A stretch of 64,000 nucleotides of DNA from Octopus sinensis (taxonomy: Eukaryota), in contig NC_042998.1 of NCBI RefSeq assembly GCF_006345805.1, positions 37,076,001 through 37,140,000 of the forward strand, given 5' to 3'. The position numbers and the translations under genes are program-made. Each line of letters starts with the position of its first letter. The first letter of the stretch is position 1. Of this stretch, positions 53,465-64,000 are shown in pieces. Below the pieces are notes generated by a model that made no database searches, was not told where the DNA came from, and was given only the letters and a program-made list of their open reading frames with translations.

Positions 53465-53692
53465 CTTCATTGCCCAGAAGGAGCTAAACATAGAGGGGAC
53501 AAACAAGGACAGACAAAGGGATTAAGTCGGTTACATTAATCCTAGTGCGTAACTGGTACTCATTTAATCGACCCCAAAAAGATGAAAGGCAAAGTCAACC
53601 TCAGCGGAATTTGAACTCACAGCGTAACAGCAAACGAAATGCCGCTAAGCATTACGCCCGGCGTGTTAACGATTCTGCCAGCTCGCCGCCTC
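53465..53692 (-). mobile_element. tRNA-derived SINE (same family as 28482)
   Basis: Ends GATTCTGCCAGCTCGCCGCC; B-box reverse complement GGAATTTGAACTC; a further partial copy follows at about 53770-53885. Confidence 0.9.
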
Positions 53693-53932
53693 GGTTTGTC
53701 ATATTGGTTACTCTACAATACTGGTTTCAAATTTTGGCACAAGGCCAACAATTTGGAAGGAGGAGTAGTTCGATCCCAGTAATCAATTGGTACATTTCTA
53801 TTATCGACCCCAAAAGAATGAAAGCAAAGTCGATTTCAGAGCAGTTTGAACTGAGAACGTACAGACGAACGGAATACTACTAAGCATACACATACACGTA
53901 AGCACGCACACACACACACACACACACACACA

Positions 53933-53963
<31 letters not shown>

Positions 53964-54229
53964 TACATACACGGACACACACACACACACACGAATACAT
54001 ACACGGACACACACACACACATTGACACACAGACATACAAAAACATACAGAGGAGATTTGAGTTGTTAACTAAACGTGACTAAGGGTGTCAAGACGCATA
54101 CATTGCTAGAAATAAGACCTAAAATGCTCCAATCCTGCTATAAAGCACATGGCATATATTGTAATATATATTTCTATCTTTTCTCTACTAGCGCGAGAGC
54201 TACGACAATGCTAGGAAACCGCCGTTAGC

Positions 54230-54420
54230 TTTGGGACTATGCCTTGGCGCCCCGTTCTGCTGTCAGTGTAACTTACAACGACATGGTTTGGTACTAGTTC
54301 CTCCAGAAATTTCTAGCAGTATACCACTGCATATCTTTTCCGCCTTCATTCTAGGGAGTAGATCCTGAACTTTTTCAATCTCTCCCTGTAGCAGACATGT
54401 GAGATTAAGACGATCTTCTT
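54230..54420 (-). mobile_element. CR1-like LINE RT C-terminal fragment
   Basis: Minus translation ERLKKFRIYSLE*RRKRYAVVYC*KFLEELVPN..SRTGR. Confidence 0.65.
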
Positions 54421-54516
54421 TTTGTAGCTTCACTGGATTGCTTCGATGTGTGTGTGTATCTGTGTGTGTATTCATGTGTGTCCGTGTTCACGTGTATATA
54501 CATGTGTATGTCTGTT

Positions 54517-54559
<43 letters not shown>

Positions 54560-54875
54560 TGTGTGTATACTTAGTAGTATTTCGTCTGTCTTTACGTTCT
54601 CAGTTCAAATTCCGCCAGGGTCGATTTGCCAGAAGAGGTAAACTGTGTATATATACCAATTTTTAACATTAGAAAGGGAAGATTACTTAGAATTAGTTTA
54701 ATATTCATTCCTCTACTTAATTATTTGCTTAATTAGGTGGTTTCTATAAAGATTGCTCTGGGTAATTACTTATGGAATACTGGGGCGATAAATCATGCTA
54801 TCTTTATATTAATTATAAGCTAAGAATCAGAAAATAATCGGAAAAAAATAAGTTGTGCACAGATACATACACATA

Positions 54876-56114
54876 CGAGGGGCGTTCAATAAGTAATGCC
54901 CCTGACCCACTTCCCATAGCAGTAGAGCAACGAAACTTGGCACAGTTATTAGTCTTTTTCTACATAGGAATCACCCAGAGTTACGCATTTCTCCCCTCAT
55001 TTGATGCAGCTCTGGAGACCGTTTTTGTAGAAGACCCCAGATTGGTCCTCCAACCACGACGTGACTTCAGAAATCAAGGCTGCACAATCTGGGAAACGCT
55101 TTCCTTTCAAAAACAACTTCATGGATGGACAGAGGTGAAAATCAGAGGGTGCAAGGTCAGGAGAGTAGGGGGGATGGGGGAGGAGTTCATAGCCGCAGGC
55201 CTGTGCTTCTGATCTGGCGACACGCGAGTTGTGGACCGGAGCGTTGTCCTGCAGGAGGAGGATGCCTTTGCTGAGCTTGCCCCGCCTCTTGATTTTGATA
55301 GCGTCTCTTAATTTCCTCAAAAGTGAAGCATAATAGGCTCCTGTAATTGTGGTACCCTTTGCCAGGAAATCTGTCATCACTACTCTGTCCTTCTTTGGAG
55401 GAGGTGAGTCACGGTGTTTCCACTGCATTGACTGGGCTTTGGTCTCTGGATCATAGTGATAGACCCAGGTTTCATCCTGTGTAATCAGTCTTTTGAAAAA
55501 TTTTGACTCATCTTCTTGGCACATCTCCAAATTCATCCTCGAGCAATCGACGCGTTCTTGCTTCTGGAAAGGTATGAGCAACCTGGGAATCCATCTGGCA
55601 GACGCCTTTTGCATATGCAAATGGTCATGAATGATAGTTTCTACAGACCCAGTACTAATCTTGACCTCATGGGCTATTTGGTGAATTGTTATGCGTCGAT
55701 CTTCCAAAATGGCAGCCTCAACTTGACGGACAGATGCCTCATGAATGGCAGAAGGGGGGCGACCATATCTCGGAGCTATTTCCACAGAGTTCCGACCATG
55801 TTTGAATTCACGATGCCAGCGTTTTACAAGGTCATATGATGGGGCATCCTCACCATAAGTTACTTTCATTTCATCAAAAGTCTCCCGTGCTGTGCGTCCT
55901 TTCAAATACAAAAACCGCATCACTGCTCGACACTCAACAGGCTCCATTTCACACTTGACTCAGTTCGAACACCTGTAAATCAGAAACCACAATTAGTTCA
56001 GAGCTGTAATTTGCCACTTACTCTATAGAGATATAAATAATTGCACATGCAGAATTTCAGCTAGATCAAACAACTGCAAGTGGGTCAGGGGCATTACTTA
56101 TTGAACGTCCCTCG
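54876..56114 (-). mobile_element. Mariner transposon, near full length (DD34D)
   Basis: TIRs of about 37 bp CGAGGG(G/A)CGTTCAATAAGTAATGCCCCTGACCCACTT with 1 mismatch; TA at both ends (54874-75 and 56115-16). Confidence 0.97.
54997..55947 (-). CDS. Mariner transposase (316 aa; in-frame deletion and premature stop, probably inactive)
   Basis: HTH region, RWIPRLL, TQDETW, QDNAP-34-D spacing and PPYSPDLAPSD. The segment usually found between PPPKK and DFL is missing. The TGA is followed by an in-frame GEKCVTLGDSYVEKD*. Confidence 0.9.
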   Translation of the reverse strand: MEPVECRAVMRFLYLKGRTARETFDEMKVTYGEDAPSYDLVKRWHREFKHGRNSVEIAPRYGRPPSAIHEASVRQVEAAILEDRRITIHQIAHEVKISTGSVETIIHDHLHMQKASARWIPRLLIPFQKQERVDCSRMNLEMCQEDESKFFKRLITQDETWVYHYDPETKAQSMQWKHRDSPPPKKDRVVMTDFLAKGTTITGAYYASLLRKLRDAIKIKRRGKLSKGILLLQDNAPVHNSRVARSEAQACGYELLPHPPYSPDLAPSDFHLCPSMKLFLKGKRFPDCAALISEVTSWLEDQSGVFYKNGLQSCIK

Positions 56115-56669
56115 TATTTGACTATGTGCACACATGCAAATATACACAAATATTTGTATTTGATTATGGGTATGTTATAATCAACTCTCATAGACATAAG
56201 TAACTAGAAAGTTCAAATCTGATCAAATTGACAGTATAAGCGGACATATCTAATGCAGGGAGTTGTGAGAAAGGGGAGAGTAGAAGCAGTGCAAACAAAA
56301 CTTCGTGGTGTTCATACCTTGATCTTTGATGGATCACAGATCCATTTTATCAGGGCTGAGTGGAATTAAGCATTATCAATGGCAGTTTTTTAATGCAAAT
56401 AAATCGCTAAATACTCGAACATTAACCCTTTTAAAAGGAACTCAGCTCTCAAAACATCTAACAAATCTAAATTGTTTATAGTTTCCCCGCCAAAGGTAAA
56501 TATTTAATTCCTATTTCCAACAAAATGTGCAATTTCACAATATATGTTGAGCATTCATGAATGTATCGATTTTCATTCCTCGAAACAAACATATATTTAA
56601 TGAAATCTATATAAATGATAGCCAAAAGATGGCTTGCTTCATCTTTCACATAAATTTACAGTCTTTCTC

Positions 56670-56822
56670 TTTTACTCTTTTTACTCTTTTACTTGTTTCA
56701 GTCATTTTGACTGCGGCCATACTGGAGCACCGCCTTTAGTCGAGGAAATCGACCCCCAGGACTTATTCTTTGTAAGCCTAGTACTTATTCTATCGGTCTG
56801 TTTTGCCGAACCGCTAAGTCTG
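56670..56822 (-). mobile_element. SINE 3' tail fragment
   Basis: Reverse complement of the tail at 17200-17362. Confidence 0.85.
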
Positions 56823-58072
56823 TGTAAGTTTAACGATATTAGAAACTTATTGATGCAAATGATTAAAATGTGTAAGATATTTATAAAGTTTGAATCAAGT
56901 CCTCATGACTCTCGCATTTTTGCCTTTGTGGTTTAAAAATCAAGCACGCACCTGACAATACGTTTGCATGTATAGGTGTGTATTTATTTAAACACGCGAA
57001 AATACTTCACACAAATACATTTGAAAGTATGCTAAATAGGTTCTGAATTCTTTCAACAAAAAATTTCGTTAACGTCTGTTTTTAAATTTACTTATGCTCT
57101 CATTATAAAAGTTACGGAATATTTTTATGTTATATTTAAATGAATTTATCTAGAAACATTACCATTTCGTTCAAAAAATTTCAAATCACATATTGTCAAG
57201 AATAATTCTGTTTGAAATTTGTCAAATAACACAAAGTACAAATTAAACTTAATTTTTCGGAATATACATTAACAGAAAAAATATAAAATAAACTGGAAGG
57301 CATGAATCTTATTGTTTATATATTTCAGTAATTACATTTTCATTTTCTTCAAACAAATGCAATTACGTAAGAATGATAGAAAATTATTTTCTGATATGAA
57401 AAGTGACGCAAACGAACAAGGACAATTTTCAATGTATAGAAAAAAGAAATAGGTCGGTATTTGAAATTTTTTCCCGTCATGTTCTGGCAATATCTTCCAT
57501 TCTCTGTTTTTGCTGAAAAATTAGATTTGTAGTGATCATAACTTTTATTACAAGATTAGTATATATGTCTCTGTGTGTTTCTCTGTTCTGGCTATACATA
57601 CATAAGCAAATATCTATATTATTACCATTATTACGTTCAATGTACAACTTGTGTATGTGTGTGTGTCTGTGTGTCTGTGTGTGTGTGCGTGCGTGTGTGA
57701 ATAGGAGATTGGAAAATAATACTTTGGTATTATTTATTCTCCATCACATGTGTTTCATTTCCGTGTAATAGTTTCTCGTAAGAAATTTTAAAAATTCTTC
57801 AGACACAGAATCAAATAATACTATGCAAATAATATTTGATTCTCAGAAGAATTTCCGAGACGGGATATCTTACATGTGTCTAATAAATGTAAAATTTTGC
57901 ATCGCCTATTAATAAATGAAATATGCGTATTTAAGAATATATTTTTTTCAAAACTTTTGTTATGATATATAATTACTCTTCCAAAAATATTTTCTATTAT
58001 TCTTCAACTGGTTTTCAGAACTCCCACAAATATTAACATCTGCATAGCACTTTTAAGAACTGGAATGAACAG

Positions 58073-58137
<65 letters not shown>

Positions 58138-58249
58138 CGGCGGTGCATCAGCATGGCCGCATGGTCGCAGCTCTGAGCTGAAACTAGAAAACAAAATGTG
58201 TGTGTGTATGTGTGTGTGTATTTGCGTGTGTATATGTGCTTGTGCTTGT

Positions 58250-58460
58250 CCTCCCCTGCCACCGCTTGAAAACCGATGCTCGTGTGCTTATGTCCCCATA
58301 ACTTAGCGGTTCAGCAGAAGTACCCGATACAACAATAATTACTAGGCTTACAAAGGATAAGTCCTGGGTTCGATTTCATTTACTAAAACCCTTTAAGGCG
58401 GTACTCCAGCATGGCGCAGTCAAAATGACTGAAACAAGTAAACGAGTAAAAGAATAAAGG
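58250..58460 (+). mobile_element. SINE 3' tail fragment
   Basis: AACCGATGCTCGTGTG..ACTTAGCGGTTC..AAGGCGGTACTCCAGCATGG..GACTGAAACAAGTAA. Confidence 0.8.
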
Positions 58461-58679
58461 AATCAACAGCTGTGCTGTGGCTCAGCCCAAGCTCTTCAAG
58501 GAAAACAATCGAAAATATCTGTTTATTTCTAAAAAAAACAAAAAGAAGACACAAATAACCGTTATGGAAATGCGGGATAGACAGAGCGGCAACAGCAATA
58601 CAGTATACATGTTTGGAAAGCAGAAGATAGGTTGGTTTCTTATTATGGAACCTGCTACTAAAATAGTAAAGAAATAAGA

Positions 58680-58878
58680 AGAGTTAGCACGCCGGACGAA
58701 ATTCGTAGCGGTATTTCGTCCGTCTTTACGTTCTGAGTTCAAATTCCGCCGAGATCGACTCTGCCATTCATCCTTTCGGGGTCGATAAATTAAGTACCAG
58801 CTGCGTACTGGGGTCATCTAACCGAGTCCTCGCCCACTTCGCAAAAACTTCGGGCCTTGTGCCCAGAGCAGAAAAGAA
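58680..58878 (+). mobile_element. tRNA-derived SINE, variant 3' end
   Basis: GTTAGCACGCCGGACGAAAT..GAGTTCAAATTCCGCCG..CATCCTTTCGGGGTCGATAAATTAAGTACCAG, then a tail that differs from the 28482 family. Confidence 0.85.
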
Positions 58879-60162
58879 TATCGATCAAATGGAATTGCAA
58901 GTTTTTTTTTTCGGGTGTTTTTTTTTTTTTACGGATACAAATCATGCCGGGATGAACAACGATTTTAATTGCATTATTAATACATTTAATAATGTATTAG
59001 CAGTGAAACGCTGCGGTTGATTTAATCGATCCGGAACCGATGTTAGAACATTATATTTAATCGAAAGCAAAGCTGAACCGAAGTAAAGTTAGTTTACTTA
59101 TAATCGACTTAAGTTTGCGCATTATTATTGCTAAGTACAAAGTTAAGTTAATGGAAAATCCGAATTAAATTAATTCAAATGGGCGGCTATAATATGTGTA
59201 TAAAACAGTAAAACAAAGCTTACTAAACCATAAAACTAATTTGAAGAATCTGGGTGATAAATAACTATTCCCGAATAGATTCATAATAGATTCATATAAT
59301 TAAAGTAATTAAAATGAATAGAAATCAATAAAAATAAATATACAGGCCTAATTAAATTAGCCAGCATATTAGTTTGTACTCTAAAAATATGATTAAATGT
59401 AATATAGAACTATGCATACAATTAAATCATTAAAAAGTTTAATCATAATATTTATAGGAAACTATGTAAGCAGGCACGAAGTAAAAGAAAAAAACAAAAT
59501 ACTGAATAACAAAGTAAAAGCGGAAAATAATATATACTGCCATGAAGATTAATTTGTTTAAACAAATACAGAATTATGAAGTGAAGATAAAGAATATATT
59601 TATGAAGTTAGTATATATGTGAGATTAAAAATTATATAAATTAAATGAATATATTCCCAAATATCATACGTATGTATGTGACTTGTTATATATATATGAG
59701 TATTCACACTGGCATAACGTTTCTGCATAAAGTTCAATATAATATGAATATTTCTAACACATAAATGCAGCACATTATTTTTCTCAACAATCAAGATACG
59801 ACAGCAGTTGAGCGTACGTAGGCAATGTTAATAAAAACGTCCATTTTGTAACCTTTGAAGAGTTGTGAAATTGGAGGAAATAGTGAGCAACCCGTAACAA
59901 ACTATAATTGCTATACTGTAAGCACACTGAAAACACATGCATATTCACATGCGGCCATGAACGAAGATAAGTTGTACCCCTATCAGCAGTCGACTTTGCA
60001 ATTCCATGGTTCCATTTCCCAGTTAATATATGTTGTCATGAAGGGATATACAAGAAAAGCATTAATAGTAGTGTTTACACATTTATTTCTTTTCTCGTAT
60101 GTATGTATATATATATATATGAATAAAAAATGGAGTTAACGCAGATGTAATCAAATATTTTT

Positions 60163-60248
60163 ACTTTCGACACATGTTTCGAAAATTCCACTGAAACTAT
60201 TCAAAAGAATAAATGGTATAAACAAAGTAATCTTCTCCTCAGGAAAGT
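60163..60248 (-). ncRNA. Type I hammerhead ribozyme with long stem II (intact)
   Basis: Minus: actttc CTGAGGA gaagatt..aattttc GAAA CA-TG-TG TC gaaagt. 6-bp perfect stem I, 7-bp stem II base, stem III ACA/TGT, GUC triplet. Confidence 0.85.
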
Positions 60249-60449
60249 GAAGAAAACGAAACTCGTCAATAAGACATTTTAGCAAAAAATGATGGATTTG
60301 TATAGCGATAGACGGAACGCTATTAATATTGTTTAAAAAAACATTATATGATATAACGTCATAAGTAGCTAACAGAAACAGTAGGGATATTAATAGTGAA
60401 TGTTAAATATAAAGGAAATTAAAGTTTAAATTATATATAATGATAGAAA

Positions 60450-60730
60450 CTACTTATATGCATTAAATGTATGTTTTTGCCAATGCTTACATCTGGATGC
60501 TCGCTCTATAACCGTGTTTACTAGAGTATTTTTAGAAAAAATAATGAAAAATAGCTCAGAATTGCAGAGAAGACAGAATTTCTTGCCCTTGTCATATGGT
60601 ATCGAAATTGAGAGAATCAACCATTCTAAATGAAATTGTTCATTGTGGTCTTTTAAATCCCAAATCAGTTTGCTGAGACCGGTAATATTCCGTTTATTTC
60701 TATCCCTAAATGTTGGGTAATGGATAGAAA
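60450..60730 (-). pseudogene. Penelope-like element ORF C-terminus (region after the GIY-YIG domain)
   Basis: TGLSKLIWDLKD..LEWLIL..PYDKGKKFCLLCNSE..SRCKH resembles the T.LSK.IW.LK/W.I/C.LC..E/CRH pattern of PLE ORF ends; an HHR lies about 200 bp downstream on the same strand. Confidence 0.75.
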
Positions 60731-60769
60731 TTATTTTAGATAAATGTGTATATATGTACACACACACAC

Positions 60770-60975
60770 AGTGACCGTGTGTGTAACGTTGGCGATTTTC
60801 TTTCTCCGTCTTCCCTTCCTTGGATCTTTCCTTTTCCTATGTTTCTGACGAAGAGCTCCGCTCGAAACGTTAAATCCTCCTTCTTTCTTTCCCTCTCTGA
60901 GCGTCCAATAACACTATACTTGTTCCACGTCCTCACGTTGTTTTCTCTTCGTGTTTTCATGTTTGGATTAACTAT
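60770..60975 (+). mobile_element. Solo PLE terminal-repeat-like element
   Basis: Pyrimidine-rich flanks around an intact minimal HHR; similar layout to about 50915-51050. Confidence 0.6.
60841..60875 (+). ncRNA. Type I minimal hammerhead ribozyme (intact core)
   Basis: gttt CTGACGA a gagc-tcc-gctc GAAACGTT aaat; stem II gagc/gctc, palindromic AACGTT. Confidence 0.8.
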
Positions 60976-60996
60976 ATGTATATATATATATATATA

Positions 60997-62650
60997 CTAA
61001 TGTACCCATGCCGAAAAGTATAGGGAAGATTAAATGTAAAGATTATTACAACTTTTATCTTAATAACTGTTTCATCACCACGTTTTTAGTGAAACCCTAC
61101 CACCAATGAGTTCGCCTTGTTTTGGATGTTTCTTTACCACCTTTTTAAATATCATTACTGCTTCTACTTCTACTCAATGCAAAACAAAGTTGTCTAATGG
61201 CTGAATACTGGTGATGTTAGGATGATGCCAAAATTATCGAAGCTCTGCTACTGTGAATTGTTTATGATTATTACAAATGCAAGGATAACAGGAAGCTTTC
61301 TTCTGTTTATACTAAACGGAAGGGTTGTGTCACTGGGACAGAGGCGGAAGCGTGGAATAAAGTTTGTCTCTCCTTTCTGACTCACACTAACTATTTTTCC
61401 ATGAATGAAAAAAAAACCCTTGATGGACAGCACTAAGATCCAGGCCCAACTGAGTAACATGACTATCGAATGCTTCTTTAAGGTCAGTATATGAGGTGGC
61501 ATTCTAGATAGCGTCATTGAATTTAAAAACCCTACTGGATAATGTATAACACCTTAGTTATTTCCTTCAACAATGGTGATATCGCTTCTGCAGATTGTTG
61601 CCTCACCAAGTAATAATGACATTATGTCAGTGTTTATGTGAAGAGAGTCTTTGTTTTTAGGAGTCAAAATGATTGTCGATGACATCCTTTCTACTGCCAC
61701 ATCATTGTCTAGTAATAATTCCTCCTCACAAAACTTATCTAACAATGTTATTTATAGATGTCATATTTGAGGAATTTCTATAAGGTTTTCTTCCAGCCCT
61801 TCATTATTGGACAGGATTCCATTTCCAGCCTCTAAGAGCCAATAGATGAAGTCATCTTGTCTAGCCATGCGCATATTTTCTGTGAAACCGAGTTTTGCTA
61901 CGAAATGCTAGAGAGGAGATTGCTTAATTGAGTACTCAATCACTGTTGCATTGAATCCTCTTGGGATGACAGGTGCAATTTGTCTGATGTCACCGCCAAG
62001 TAGCAGCATTTTTCCACCGAATGGTCTGGCCGAATTTATTATTTACCTCAGCAGCAGATCAATGGCTCACAGAACAGTGCATGATAACATTGACACTTCA
62101 TCAATAATTAAAAGGTTAGCCTGCTTTAATTTTTCAGATGATTCAGAAGGGATTCACATGTGAGAGGTGGAGCTAACTTGCAATGGGACGGGTAGGTTGA
62201 TTCCACTGTGAACTGTCCTTCAATCAATGAGCATATCAGCAGCTATACCTGCTTGTTTTGCGTTCTTGGAGACGCTATCAATGTATTGTACAGGTAGGAC
62301 ATTCCTGTACGTCTAGGGCCATCGAGGAAAAAGAATCTACTCTGCATTGTAACATTTTGCCTTGAATTTACTCTATTTTTATTACCAATCATACGTAGTT
62401 GTCAGCCTGGCTCTTCATATGGAAAGAACAATACATACGTCATTGGGTCAAGGTTGGGGCTAAGAATATTTAGACTGATCACAGGGACGTCATTGTTTCT
62501 TGGGTAAATCTTGAAATTTCTGTTGAATGGTGGCTCGCCGTCAGTATTGCTGAAGACCATAGCTATTTCATTAACTGTTGGTAAAGTGTATTTCTGCCTA
62601 TCAGCACAGCGATACTTTTTGAAGACTAAATTTACGACAGACATAGTCAT
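60997..62650 (-). mobile_element. Helitron remnant (N-terminal Rep-side fragment plus Pif1 helicase)
   Basis: LPTVNEIA..LDPMTYVLFFP; FFLDGP (decayed Walker A); LIIDEVSM; PFGGKMLLLGGDIRQI; MPPHILTLK; IPRFRLCPSDTTLPF..LPVILAFVIIINNSQ. Candidate 3' end GGGTACATTAG|T; large internal deletion. Confidence 0.85.
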
Positions 62651-62659
62651 CAACCCCTG

Positions 62660-63092
62660 TTGGGTATGCCGCAGGACAATGCTCCCTCCCGCACGGCCAG
62701 CGTCATTATGAACTCTCAGCGTCAGCACAAACTCAGAGGCATGCCGTAGCCTGCTCTTAGCCTGGGTCTCAACCCAATTGAACACCTATGGGAGGAAAAA
62801 ATCTAGAGACGGCTGAACCAGGTGCTACCAAGCCTGACAACTCGTGTGGAACTGGAGGCAACTTTCTCCAGGGTGTGGGTACAGGTGCCAATAACTTTTG
62901 TGAACCGCCTCAAGTACTCCATGTACCGATGGTGTATGACCATTTTGAACTTCCAGAGAAGGCATACACAGTTTTGAACATGTCACGCCCTATAATCTCG
63001 ATGTGCTGAATCTGCCCACTACGAGAACACATGACAACGGCCCAACATATTTCACAGTCACATATTTGTCGCGTTTCTTTTGCAGTTCAGTG
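62660..63092 (+). mobile_element. Tc1 transposon 3' fragment
   Basis: Plus translation QDNAPSRTA..LNPIEHLWEE..VWVQVP..RRHTQF*; ends CGTTTCTTTTGCAGTTCAGTG|TA. Confidence 0.85.
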
Positions 63093-64000
63093 TATTCTAG
63101 TAATTCAGTCACCTTATTTTTTCAGAAACTAAATGCAATATCTATAAAATCTGCAAACCAGAGAAAACGTTTCATTATTTATTGACGTTATAATGAATTG
63201 AGGGCAATTAAAACTTTCATAGTCGATAGCATGCGTGCAAGTCACATAGTCGAGTTGAAAGTACCTATGTAATATAAAACTTTGAAGACAGCTCTCATAG
63301 TTATTATATCAGATTGATCAGTAAATGTATTAAACTGAACATTAAAATTATTAGATTGAACTATTCTAATAGATGGAATATTCAAATCATACGCATTTAA
63401 GGGCATATATTAACAGAATGCTGATCAGAAAATAAAACTGTTGAAAGGATCCCAACCGAAATATAACCTTTTTGAAATGTTTCTTATTTATAATTTTTTT
63501 ATGGAATTGGGACAAACTATGATATATTTCTCAATATACCAAACATGTTATACAGAATATCTTGCAAGTTAAAACATTGGTTAAGAAAGTCATATCAATA
63601 AGGAAACATAACACGCCATAAATATACATAAAGAACGCATTTGAATAAAAACAAGTACCAACTATGTTCTAAATATCACAAGATCTTTGAAAGAAAATTT
63701 ATGTGAATGTATACAATATTCATAGTGTGCAGTTAAGGAACATGTTTCACAATATTGCTTCAGTAATCAACACATATATAAACGATAAAAATCTCTACTA
63801 AAGTAATTCTGGAATACACTCCTCCGAAAAAGCAGAATAGTATATTATTCTGAACAAAACATGATAGCGTCTTTCAATATGACACACTTCTTCATAAATA
63901 TAGTTTAAAGTGAAATCGTGAATTTATGTATGAGTGTATGTAAGTATGTATGCATGCAAGTGTGTGGTTATATATACATACATACATACATACATATATA

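Noticed and set aside
62402-62785. 127-aa ORF as a single Helitron protein
   Set aside because: Its N-terminal part is the antisense of a Tc1 transposase fragment.
62800-63000. Minus-strand similarity to a Merlin/IS1595 motif (GTCTHTLE)
   Set aside because: The plus strand gives a much better Tc1 match (QDNA, LNPIEHLW).

Overview
AT-rich, repeat-dense eukaryotic DNA with no recognisable intact host protein-coding gene. Most ORFs in the supplied track are translations of microsatellites. The tRNA-derived SINE families resemble my recollection of Octopus-type cephalopod SINEs, so a cephalopod origin is inferred, not verified. Mobile elements present: mariner elements (one near full length with a DD34D ORF), a long-TIR IR/DR Tc1 element split by a SINE, CR1-like and RTE LINE remnants, a Helitron remnant, DINE/HINE-like elements, a foldback MITE, many SINEs and Penelope-like element (PLE) remnants. 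The strongest unexplained signal is about a dozen type I hammerhead ribozyme (HHR) motifs from several unrelated repeat families, five with intact cores. One HHR family forms the 3' part of a tRNA-headed SINE-like element (tRNA head + (AAT)n + HHR tail). It lies as a head-to-head dimer inserted, with a probable TSD, into a Penelope RT remnant: a candidate Penelope-parasitic, ribozyme-carrying SINE. Also seen: an HHR-bearing palindrome with 219-bp arms, an ~870-bp (TA)n-centred palindrome and two (TA)n-bounded tandem duplications (possibly assembly artefacts), and minus-strand micro-exon candidates. All identifications are by eye; no searches or folding were run.
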